This document shows positions 35,600-44,457 of a stretch of 64,000 bases of DNA, piece by piece. The translations under genes were made by a program, and so were the position numbers. Numbering within the stretch: position 1 is the stretch's first letter; each line of letters opens with the position of its first letter. Source of the DNA: Pseudomonadota bacterium (GTDB taxonomy: Bacteria > Pseudomonadota > Gammaproteobacteria > UBA1113); the NCBI GenBank assembly GCA_021778015.1, contig JAJYCX010000009.1, forward strand, positions 12,522 to 76,521, written 5' to 3'. The notes beneath the pieces were generated by a model. That model did not search any database and had not been told where the DNA came from. It was given only the letters and a program-made list of their open reading frames with translations.

Positions 35600-36739
35600 T
35601 TAATATTTATTCTGTGAATCACTTTCTATAGCGTCTGCAGTGACGCGTCCGCGCATAACCCTATAAACCCAGGCCGTATATAATAAAATGATAGGCATGA
35701 ATATGACTGTACACACCAACATGATGCGCAATGTTAATAGGCTAGACGAGGCATCCCATACTAATAAACTCATACTAGGATGTGACGACGACGGTAACAA
35801 AAATGGGAATAAAGATAAACCGAAAGTAGAGATCACTCCCACTATAGCCAAACTGCTAAAGACAAACCCCCATTTGCTTTGACCACGCCCTAAGCACAAT
35901 AACTGCCCTATAACAGCAACAACGACTAGTAGCGGCGCAATCCATAACAGCGGATTAAGATGATAATTAGTCATCCATCCTCCCAACACCATGCTCACGG
36001 CTTTATGCAAAGGATTAGAAGGCCCTGCATGATCAACGATGCTATCCACCACAAAACCATTTAGCCCTTTAGCCACCCACAATCCGGCTAGCATAAATAA
36101 GATCAACATAAGGATGGCAGCAATACGGCCATACTGAATAGCGCGTTGTCGCACTATGCCTTCCGTTTTAGTTGCTAAATAAGAAGCGCCATGCATCGCT
36201 AGCATACAAACACTCACTAAGCCGCACAATAAAGCAAAAGGATTTAACAAACCCCATAATGAACCTGTGTAGAAAACACGTAAACTATCATCAAAGAAAA
36301 AAGGAACGCCTTGCAAGACATTGCCTAAAGCCACGCCAAAAATGAGCGATGGCAACAACCCTGCAATAAATAAAACCTTATCCCAATTAGAACGCCATCG
36401 TTCCGTCGGCATTTTACTGCGATATTTAAAACCTACAGGACGCAGAATAAATCCCAGTAAAACGATGAGCATCGCCAAATAAAAGCCGGAAAAAGATACC
36501 GCGTAAATAATGGGCCATGCGGCAAAAATAGCGCCTGCGCCCAGAATAATCCACACTTGATTACCTTCCCACACCGGACCGACGGTATTAATAACCACAC
36601 GTCGTTCTATGTCTTTACGCGCTACAAAAGGTAATAACAAAGCCACGCCTAAATCAAAACCATCCATAATGGCAAAACCCGTTAATAACACGCCGAGCAA
36701 CAACCACCAGATAATGCGCATGCTTTCGTAATCAAACAT
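35600..36739 (-). CDS. cydB: cytochrome bd ubiquinol oxidase subunit II
   Basis: 379-aa polytopic protein with a typical CydB N-terminus (IWWLLLGVLLTGFAIMDGFDLG). Confidence 0.92.
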   Translation of the reverse strand: MFDYESMRIIWWLLLGVLLTGFAIMDGFDLGVALLLPFVARKDIERRVVINTVGPVWEGNQVWIILGAGAIFAAWPIIYAVSFSGFYLAMLIVLLGFILRPVGFKYRSKMPTERWRSNWDKVLFIAGLLPSLIFGVALGNVLQGVPFFFDDSLRVFYTGSLWGLLNPFALLCGLVSVCMLAMHGASYLATKTEGIVRQRAIQYGRIAAILMLILFMLAGLWVAKGLNGFVVDSIVDHAGPSNPLHKAVSMVLGGWMTNYHLNPLLWIAPLLVVVAVIGQLLCLGRGQSKWGFVFSSLAIVGVISTFGLSLFPFLLPSSSHPSMSLLVWDASSSLLTLRIMLVCTVIFMPIILLYTAWVYRVMRGRVTADAIESDSQNKY

Positions 36740-36762
36740 AATTTTACTCCAACTACTTTTTT

Positions 36763-36790
36763 CATCCGCTCCCTAACGGTCGCGGCTCGG
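36763..36790. repeat. short motif C (CATCCGCTCCCTAACGGTCGCGGCTCGG)
   Basis: 26/28 identical to 13034-13061. It supplies the last codons (EPSRDR) and the stop of cydA. Confidence 0.7.
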
Positions 36791-38323
36791 TTCTAAATTA
36801 ACTGTTCCTTCAGGTCCCAATTTAATGTATTTCACCATCAGGAAGAATTCCACAATGGCAAGACCGGTATACAATAAAATGAACCCACCCAAAGATATCC
36901 ATAAGTCACTGGCCGTTAATGATGATGTTCCCAAATACGTAGGTAATACGCCATCTATAACCCAAGGCTGACGGCCACTCTCGGCCACATACCAACCTAA
37001 CTCTATGGCTATCCAGGGTAGCGGTAAGCTGTAAAAAAGTGTGCGCAAAAACCAGCGTTTCTCAATCAATTTGTCTTTAGCGCCCCAATAAAAACACAGC
37101 GCAAATAAAACAATAAAGAACATGCCACACGCCACCATTATGCGAAATGACCAAAACAAAGGAGCAACTTTCGGCACAGTATCTTCAGCTGCAGCATGAA
37201 TTTGCGCTGCATTGGCATCGGTTACGGTAGGCGTATATCGTTTTAACAATAACGCATACCCTAGATCTTTTTCATTTTGACCTAAAACAGCCTTGGCTGC
37301 CGCATCATTCCCATTCTGTTGCAGCTGTTGCAAGGCTCCATAGGCTACTATACCATTTTTGATACGCTGTTCATTGTCAATTACTAAATTGTGTATGCCT
37401 GGCACAGGTTCAGTGACAGAGCGTGTGGCAATTAAACCCAATAAATAAGGAACGTGTATCGCCGCACGCGTGATTTCATTTTTTTGATCCGGAAATCCAA
37501 ATACGGTGAAAGCAGCCGGTGCAGGCTCAGTATCCCACATCGCTTCAATGGCTGCCAATTTCATTTTCTGTGCTTGCCCTGCTTCATAACCACTTTCATC
37601 GCCTAAAACTACAACGGCTATACTAACCAATAAACCAAAAGCCGCCGCCACTTTTAAAGAACGTTTGGCAAAAGCAATATTGCGATTCCGCAATAAGAAG
37701 AAAGCACTGATAGCACAAATAAACATAGCGCCGGTCACATACCCCGCACTCACAGTATGTACATATTTGGCTTGAGCCACGGGATTTAAGATAACAGCAG
37801 CAAAATCGCTGACTTCCATACGCATAGTGCTAAAGTTGAAATGTGACCCCACTGGATTTTGCATCCAGCCATTCGCCACTAAAATCCACAATGCCGATAA
37901 ATTGGTGCCTATAGCCAATAACCAGGTCACCGTTAAATGTGCACCTCGGGACATTCTATCCCAGCCAAAGAAAAATATGCCTACAAAGGTCGCTTCCAAA
38001 AAGAAAGCCATTAAGCCTTCTATCGCTAAAGGGGCGCCGAAAATATCACCCACATACTGCGAGTAATAGGCCCAATTGGTGCCAAATTGAAACTCCATGG
38101 TAATACCCGTGGCTACACCCATCGCAAAGTTAATACCGAATAAGATTCCCCAATATTTAACCATTTTTTGCCAAATTGGCTTTTTTGTTAAGAAGTAGAT
38201 GGTTTCCATAATCCCTAATAGGAAGGATAAACCTAGAGTTAAAGGGACAAAGATAAAATGATATAACGCTGTTAACGCAAATTGAAATCTGGATAAATCA
38301 ACGACCATTTCCGAAGGAAACAT
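36773..38323 (-). CDS. cydA: cytochrome bd ubiquinol oxidase subunit I
   Basis: Trimmed to ATG 38323 (aligns with the E. coli start ...LSRLQFALTAMYHF); 516 aa. Q-loop present. Confidence 0.92.
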   Translation of the reverse strand: MFPSEMVVDLSRFQFALTALYHFIFVPLTLGLSFLLGIMETIYFLTKKPIWQKMVKYWGILFGINFAMGVATGITMEFQFGTNWAYYSQYVGDIFGAPLAIEGLMAFFLEATFVGIFFFGWDRMSRGAHLTVTWLLAIGTNLSALWILVANGWMQNPVGSHFNFSTMRMEVSDFAAVILNPVAQAKYVHTVSAGYVTGAMFICAISAFFLLRNRNIAFAKRSLKVAAAFGLLVSIAVVVLGDESGYEAGQAQKMKLAAIEAMWDTEPAPAAFTVFGFPDQKNEITRAAIHVPYLLGLIATRSVTEPVPGIHNLVIDNEQRIKNGIVAYGALQQLQQNGNDAAAKAVLGQNEKDLGYALLLKRYTPTVTDANAAQIHAAAEDTVPKVAPLFWSFRIMVACGMFFIVLFALCFYWGAKDKLIEKRWFLRTLFYSLPLPWIAIELGWYVAESGRQPWVIDGVLPTYLGTSSLTASDLWISLGGFILLYTGLAIVEFFLMVKYIKLGPEGTVNLEPSRDR

Positions 38324-38474
38324 GATCACCACCCCCATAAACATGATTAAAAAATACTTGCCTGCTTTGTTGCGGTGGTGCTTCAGGTTTGGAAAAACAA
38401 AGCCACCATAACAATGTTAATAATACCACTTTAAAAATTAAGATCCAAGTTATTTCTTTGCGTAAAACTTTCAT
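38298..38474 (-). CDS. small membrane protein upstream of cydA (CydP-like?)
   Basis: 58 aa, MKVLRKEITWILIFKVVLLTLLWWLCF..., a single TM segment with an LLWW motif reminiscent of putative CydP small subunits. Overlaps the cydA start by 26 nt. Confidence 0.3.
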   Translation of the reverse strand: MKVLRKEITWILIFKVVLLTLLWWLCFSKPEAPPQQSRQVFFNHVYGGGDHVSFGNGR

Positions 38475-38548
38475 AATAATGATTCTCATTCTTGTTTAAA
38501 ATTTTCAGGATTCACCGATAAAATAGCTGTTATATACCCATCCCATGT

Positions 38549-38752
38549 CTAGATGCAAAATTAATGTTGAAAGCACTCACGAGCCAGAACGTTGTCATCC
38601 TCGACCAGGCCGCGAGGCCGCAGTCGGAGATCCAGTAAAAAGCCTATATGATCCTGGATCCCCGCTCGGAGCCTGTACTCGGTACTCCGGGGATCGAGAA
38701 TGACAAAGCTTCGATTTAAATTCAATGCGTTTATTCAAATCTCGCATATTCA
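38549..38752. repeat. family-B nested palindromic element
   Basis: Core at 38594-38704 with GTCATCCTCGACCAGGCCGCGAGGCCGCAGTCGGAGATCCAG...CCTGGATCCCC...GGGGATCGAGAATGAC. Outer flanks AGATGCAAA / CTCGCATAT. Confidence 0.85.
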
Positions 38753-38774
38753 AGTGCATTGAATATAATTTCAC

Positions 38775-39614
38775 TTAAATCACCATACTGTTTACGGCCA
38801 CAGTATTATCTTGCTTATAATCTACATCTAACACTCGCAATTCACGACCACCGCTGGCTGCCGTTTTAGCTAAAACTCTATTCATTAAATCTACGCTACG
38901 TCGCAGAGCATGCTCCAGATTTTTGCATGATAAATAAGATCCTAAAAAAACTGCCGAAAATAGATCGCCGGTACCACTAGGCGGTACGGGAAAGGTGTAT
39001 TCTCTAGCTGCCAATAAATAATGCTGGCTACCCTGTCCACCATAAATATGCAGCGTATCAGGTGCAACGTCATCTAATTTAACACCGGTGATAATCACTA
39101 TTTGTGAACCCTTGTCTTGAAAAAATTGCGCGACAGCTTTAAGGTCAGCAGTAGTTTTAATTTGTCTGCCGGATAAAGTTTCAGCCTCATATTGATTGGG
39201 CGTAATAATATCGGCCACTAAATGGTATTTAAAAAATTCCAATACTTCCGGTTTAACAAAGCAATGCTGATTACCGATAACGGGATCGCATAGGTATAAT
39301 AAGGCTGGATTTTGCGCCTTAAAACGCTTAACGGTAGCGGCTACTTCCAGGCAGATTTCCTCGCTGCCCATATAGCCTGATAAAATAGCTTGGCAGGAAG
39401 GGATTAGATTGAGCGCTTCTAGGCCCAGTATTACTTGATGAATATGCTCTTTGGAAAAAATTTCGCCTTGCCAATGGCCATAACCAGTGTGGTTTGAAAA
39501 TTGTACCGTGTTCACGGGCCAAACATCATACCCCATTGATTGCAAGGGATAGACCGCCGCTTTATTGCCCACATAGCCATACGCCACATGAGACTGAATT
39601 GATAAAATAGCCAT
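38775..39614 (-). CDS. pdxY: pyridoxal kinase (PdxY/PdxK family)
   Basis: 279 aa. The N-terminus ILSIQSHVAYGYVGNKAAVYPLQ...VNTVQFSNHTGYG closely resembles E. coli PdxY. Confidence 0.82.
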   Translation of the reverse strand: MAILSIQSHVAYGYVGNKAAVYPLQSMGYDVWPVNTVQFSNHTGYGHWQGEIFSKEHIHQVILGLEALNLIPSCQAILSGYMGSEEICLEVAATVKRFKAQNPALLYLCDPVIGNQHCFVKPEVLEFFKYHLVADIITPNQYEAETLSGRQIKTTADLKAVAQFFQDKGSQIVIITGVKLDDVAPDTLHIYGGQGSQHYLLAAREYTFPVPPSGTGDLFSAVFLGSYLSCKNLEHALRRSVDLMNRVLAKTAASGGRELRVLDVDYKQDNTVAVNSMVI

Positions 39615-39717
39615 TGTTTTTTACCCTCTTTCTATTGCAACGGCAATAATTGTATCATAGAATAGTTACCATAGCACGGTAGCTATGGACGCAACTACAA
39701 GATAGGGAGATATCAGA

Positions 39718-39948
39718 ATGGCGCAAAATAATGCTTTGTTTAGTACAGATGACAGCGATCAAGAAATTGTACAAGAACGTCTAGATGAATTTTTTTCTTC
39801 TATCATGGGTTTATTATCCCACAACCCTGCCCAACCTAAACGCAACTCTAAAGAAGTAGTAGAAACACGCCGACAAGTTGAAGAAATTTTGATCGAGAGA
39901 CAAAATCGTGAACTGTATGACGATAATCTGTTAGGGATTGACGGTTAA
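39718..39948 (+). CDS. small acidic hypothetical protein
   Basis: 76 aa. The C-terminal TRRQVEEILIERQNRELYDD resembles small PA3496-type proteins, but I cannot confirm this. Confidence 0.3.
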   Translation: MAQNNALFSTDDSDQEIVQERLDEFFSSIMGLLSHNPAQPKRNSKEVVETRRQVEEILIERQNRELYDDNLLGIDG

Positions 39949-40626
39949 GTTAGCCCTTAAACGGTGGTTCGTATGTACTTATAACAGTTGGCTCTATAGG
40001 GCAGAAGACTAGCTCTAGCACCCAAGAGTGTAGCACTTTACATGACTGGGGCGAGATGAGTGAAGATAACACCCCCTAAAAACCAAATGCAAAGATTATA
40101 TGAAAAAGATTTGTTTTTTTCTTATAATTTCCTTGCGCTTTTTCGTAAATGGGCTATAGTTGATTATAGAGGGTTCACTTAAGATTCTCTTAAGGTTTCT
40201 AATCGAAGCCTCAACCCTCAGTGGCTTGCTTGGTGAAAACGGTTTCGGGCTTTTTTCACCAACCGATAGCCCGGTATATATTCATAGAAGTTGATTTTTA
40301 GGCGAGGCGCCTAGACCTCGAACACTAGGAGTGACGTACTCTGTCATATAGTTAGTGTGAGATGAGTGTAGACAACAAGGCCTAAGAATCAAATACGAAG
40401 AATAATGAGATTTTATTGTTTGTTACTGATTCTAACCCTGCCCTGGGTATCTAATCTGTGGGGCTGTGGGTAGCGGCGCTCTGGGTTATCCTCCTCTCCG
40501 ACGCCACTTCCTAAGCACTTGGTCGCCGCTATTGCAGCCCCGTGGATTACCTTACAAACCATCTGCTTGCATAAATACGTAAAAATTCTTACCATAGGTA
40601 TTACATTCTATTTAAGTGAATAACAC

Positions 40627-41442
40627 ATGACAGAGCGCATTCGACCTTTTCTAAAGTGGGCCGGCGGTAAATTTAGGCTAGCACCTTGGATTGGTCAACA
40701 TTTACCTACAGGTCCCTGCTTGATTGAGCCTTTTGTAGGCGCAGCTGCCATATTTTTAAACAGCTCATTTGACCGTTATCTTTTAAATGACTGTAATCCA
40801 GACCTAATCAATTTATATCAACGCTTACAACAAGAAGGCGATTCTTTCATCGATTATTGTCAATCTTTTTTCATTCCACGCAATAATACCAGTAAACGTT
40901 ATTACCTTTTACGACAACTTTTTAACGACAGCCGCGATCCACACGAAAAAGCAGCGCTATTTTTATATTTAAATCGCCATTGCTTTAACGGTTTGTGTAG
41001 ATACAATAGCAAGGGTAAGTTTAATGTACCCATGGGAGAATATGAAAAACCCTATTTTCCGTACAAAGAGATGCTTGCGTTTTATGAAAAAGCACAACGC
41101 GCTGTTTTTAGTTGTGAAGATTTTACGACCATTATGCATAAAGCCCGTGCCGAAGATGTAATTTACTGTGACCCTCCCTACTATCCCTTAAACAAGGCCA
41201 CCAGCTTCACGCGCTATCATCACGCCGATTTTAGTTTGGATGAACAAAATGCATTGGCACAGTTGTGTGTGGAGCTACAACAGCAAGGAACGCGCATCAT
41301 TGTTTCCAATCATGCCATACCGGAAACTCGTCGTTTATATAAACAAGCAAAAAAACTGGTCTATTGTGATGTGCAGCGTACCATCAGTGCTGATGGCGAT
41401 CAACGCGCATCCGTTAAAGAGTTATTGGCTTTATATTTATGA
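40627..41442 (+). CDS. dam: DNA adenine methyltransferase (Dam, GATC-specific family)
   Basis: 271 aa. N-terminal FLKWAGGK, FVGAAA SAM motif and catalytic DPPY. Confidence 0.9.
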   Translation: MTERIRPFLKWAGGKFRLAPWIGQHLPTGPCLIEPFVGAAAIFLNSSFDRYLLNDCNPDLINLYQRLQQEGDSFIDYCQSFFIPRNNTSKRYYLLRQLFNDSRDPHEKAALFLYLNRHCFNGLCRYNSKGKFNVPMGEYEKPYFPYKEMLAFYEKAQRAVFSCEDFTTIMHKARAEDVIYCDPPYYPLNKATSFTRYHHADFSLDEQNALAQLCVELQQQGTRIIVSNHAIPETRRLYKQAKKLVYCDVQRTISADGDQRASVKELLALYL

Positions 41443-42563
41443 CGATACTAGACTTCGATGCTTTAGCCGCAGACATCAAACAATGGGGCGTTGCTTTGGG
41501 CTTTTCTGCTGTGGGTATTTGTGATATTGATCTCAATGCATATCGTGCCGATCTAGAATCTTTTATTGAGAAAGGTTTTCATGGCGAAATGGATTATCTG
41601 GCACGAAATCCTGCACTACGTACCGATGCCACGCATTTGCTTGCAGGTACCCTACGTATTATTTCAGTACGTATGAATTATTTGCCGCCCAATACGCAGA
41701 TGGTCAAACAATTAAAAAATAGCAGAAAAGCCTATGTTTCACGTTATGCTGTAGGCGGCGATTATCACAAATTGATGCGCAAGCGCCTGGCAAAACTCGC
41801 CAAACAAATCAATGAGCGAGTTGCTGGTTATGGTTATAGGGCCATCACCGACAGCGCTCCTTTGATGGAAAAACCCATCGCAGAAAAAGCAGGCTTAGGC
41901 TGGATCGGTAAGAATACGTTGTTACTGAATAAAGAATCCGGTTCATGGTTTTTTCTAGGAGAATTACTCACCACTTTACCATTACCTATCGATAAACCTG
42001 TGATTCAAGATGGTTGTCAAAATTGTCAGGCTTGCTTGAAAATATGTCCCACAGGTGCTCTAGTCAATGCTAAACAAATAGATGCCAGACGCTGTATTTC
42101 TTATTTAACCATAGAGCACAAGACAGCGATTCCCTTAGAGTTGAGGCCCTTGATGGGCAACCGCATTTATGGTTGTGACGATTGTCAACTCATTTGTCCG
42201 TGGAATCGTTACGCCCCTGCAACGGCTGAACTGCAATTTCACGCACGCAATGATTTCGACAGCGCCGAGTTAGTAGACTTATTTTCTTGGAATGAAAAAA
42301 CCTTTCTAGAAAAGACCATAGGCTCCGCCATACGTCGCTTAGGTCATGCGCGTTGGCTGCGCAACATTGCCGTTGCCATGGGTAATGCTGTTTATGACAG
42401 CGCTATCATCGCCGCTTTAGAACAACGTTTGGATTATCCAGATGCTATGATAAAAGAGCATATCGAGTGGGCTTTGGCGCAGCAACGGGCAAAGAAAGAT
42501 AAAATTCACTTAGAAGATGCGCAGCTGAAGAGGATAACAGCTAAGTTAAATGTGAATTATTAG
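41439..42563 (+). CDS. queG: epoxyqueuosine reductase QueG
   Basis: 374 aa with 4Fe-4S motifs CQNCQACLKICPTGA and CDDCQLICPWN, and C-terminal HEAT-like repeats. ATGA overlap with dam. Confidence 0.9.
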   Translation: MTILDFDALAADIKQWGVALGFSAVGICDIDLNAYRADLESFIEKGFHGEMDYLARNPALRTDATHLLAGTLRIISVRMNYLPPNTQMVKQLKNSRKAYVSRYAVGGDYHKLMRKRLAKLAKQINERVAGYGYRAITDSAPLMEKPIAEKAGLGWIGKNTLLLNKESGSWFFLGELLTTLPLPIDKPVIQDGCQNCQACLKICPTGALVNAKQIDARRCISYLTIEHKTAIPLELRPLMGNRIYGCDDCQLICPWNRYAPATAELQFHARNDFDSAELVDLFSWNEKTFLEKTIGSAIRRLGHARWLRNIAVAMGNAVYDSAIIAALEQRLDYPDAMIKEHIEWALAQQRAKKDKIHLEDAQLKRITAKLNVNY

Positions 42564-42567
42564 AAGT

Positions 42568-44280
42568 TTACCATATCTTTGGCGAAGGGCCGGACTTATT
42601 CTCAGAGACCATTTCAAATTTCGGCATAATATGTTTAAATGCTATTCGCATTGGTTCTTCAAAAAAACCTTCACCATAGTTATAAAGAGGGCTTCCAATG
42701 AGTTTTGATAGCTTGGCCGAAGCAGCGTTAAGTGCTGCCTCAATGACGGTTGAATAGTCAATTCTAATTTGAAAATTTTCACTGATATATTTCAAGGTTC
42801 TGTATAGAACAATCTCCAGCAACCCCTTATTATAAGCTTTTTTTTGCTTTTCCATAAACCTTACAAATTTATCAGTTCTTTTTACCTGATTAAACTTTAA
42901 AATAAATTTTTTGTTAATATACATGTCATCTAAGCGCTCTCCAGAACGCAGCTCATAAAATTTAAGATGTTTATTACAAAGAGCTCGAAAAAAATAAAGG
43001 CAGACATTTAAAACATACTCTTCCGACAATGGTTTTCCATTGCATGTAGGCAATGCTTTGAGCTTCTCATCTGCAATTTTCGAGTCTTCACAAGCCTCTT
43101 TATCTCTAAGCACAGAAAACTCTATAAAAAAATCTTTCTTTAATGTGAATTTTTCTGTAAATTGCGGAATAGAACATAAATCCCGCTTTAAATCACCACT
43201 CTTTTTCTCTATTTCTTTTTTAATTTCCTGATTAACAATATCAACCTTCTTTAAATGGCTAGTTGCAAGTGCTAAAGAAAATTTATCTTTATAGTCACTT
43301 AAAGAATCAAGCAGGCTTTGGTAAATAATTTGATACTTTCTTTCTGAGATAATTTCTTTTATATCATCACTTAATTTGGCATATTCAGGGATTTTATAGA
43401 ATAAGTCTTGAATACAATTTAATTCTTTATTTTCAAAGAAAATGTCTGTCATATATTGTTGGTAAGCATTCATGGCTGCATCATACCCTAACAGCCAATA
43501 AGACATGCTACGATCATATCGTTTTAAGCTATTTAATAGTTTTTCTTGTGTCTCCCCTTTCATTTGGAGGGCTATTCTCATTACGCCCGATATTGAAACC
43601 AATACTTTTGTTTCTAAATCTAGTTTAACCATGTCTGAAAAGAATTGTCCTATAGATGAATCTTCTGCGAAAGAGTCAATGCCTAACATTTGCCTTAAGT
43701 CTGAGTTAGATTTGAAATGCACAGCATAACGTTCTAAAATCCCACGATGCTCTGATGAATAGTCTCTATCTTCAAAAGCATCATCTTGAAAGTGAAGAAC
43801 AAGTCCATCTTTTCTTAGTGATTTTTTTTTGCTATGTTTCTCCTTTGCTTTATCTCTCTCCATTGATACTGAGTTATATTTAAAAGTAGGCGTACTCAAA
43901 AAAGATGTACTTCCTCCTGAACTTGAAGAAGAAAATACAGGTGAACTGCTTGGAGTAGAGGATTCTTTATTTTCTACAATAACTTTCCGGGGTGTTGAAG
44001 GTGGTCTATCTGTAATTGATCCGCTTGAAGCACTTGAAAAGAAACCACGAGGATTGAGAAAGGGAAAACCGCGCTTATTGTCAGGAGTAAGCACAATATC
44101 AGAAATAGATGAAGAGCTGGTAAGGGGCGTAGTGGCTACCTCAGAGCTAGATGAAGAGTTAGGCGTCGCAGAGTAATCTTGCGCGATTATAGCGCCTTCC
44201 AGCTTTAACGGCGTTATGTTCGGGGGTTTTGGAGGCTTGCCCGAGAGGGTTGGAGGTTCGCCTGGAGGTTGGCTGCTCAT
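42568..44280 (-). CDS. hypothetical protein with Ser/Pro-rich disordered N-terminus and helical K/E-rich body; candidate secreted effector
   Basis: 570 aa. The N-terminal ~130 aa are low complexity (PPGEPPTLSGKPPKPP, SSSSS runs). A plausible promoter (TTGACG-18-TACAGT) lies upstream. No domain recognised. Confidence 0.6.
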   Translation of the reverse strand: MSSQPPGEPPTLSGKPPKPPNITPLKLEGAIIAQDYSATPNSSSSSEVATTPLTSSSSISDIVLTPDNKRGFPFLNPRGFFSSASSGSITDRPPSTPRKVIVENKESSTPSSSPVFSSSSSGGSTSFLSTPTFKYNSVSMERDKAKEKHSKKKSLRKDGLVLHFQDDAFEDRDYSSEHRGILERYAVHFKSNSDLRQMLGIDSFAEDSSIGQFFSDMVKLDLETKVLVSISGVMRIALQMKGETQEKLLNSLKRYDRSMSYWLLGYDAAMNAYQQYMTDIFFENKELNCIQDLFYKIPEYAKLSDDIKEIISERKYQIIYQSLLDSLSDYKDKFSLALATSHLKKVDIVNQEIKKEIEKKSGDLKRDLCSIPQFTEKFTLKKDFFIEFSVLRDKEACEDSKIADEKLKALPTCNGKPLSEEYVLNVCLYFFRALCNKHLKFYELRSGERLDDMYINKKFILKFNQVKRTDKFVRFMEKQKKAYNKGLLEIVLYRTLKYISENFQIRIDYSTVIEAALNAASAKLSKLIGSPLYNYGEGFFEEPMRIAFKHIMPKFEMVSENKSGPSPKIW

Positions 44281-44457
44281 CTCACGTCCTTAACCAATAT
44301 CTGATTAAAATCCTTTTGTGCCATTACTGTAGCAACTCTTCCCTCCGTTCGTCAAGAATAGATTAGCACCTAGGGGTAAAAGCCTCTGTTTTATATGATT
44401 TCACGTTGTTTATTAACTCTACTGTAAGTCATGTTCTTTTTCCTTATCCAATATTTT

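Noticed and set aside
40578-40593. Imperfect palindrome GTAAAAATTCTTAC near the second structured element, as a possible GacA/LetA site for a minus-strand sRNA.
   Set aside because: The half-site spacing is shorter than the described consensus, and the distance to any plausible start is too short. The strand of the putative RNA is unresolved.
40413-40595. 60-aa minus-strand ORF in the dam upstream gap.
   Set aside because: It coincides with the long GC-rich hairpin, has no RBS, and the peptide has no recognisable features. The region is more plausibly RNA or a repeat.
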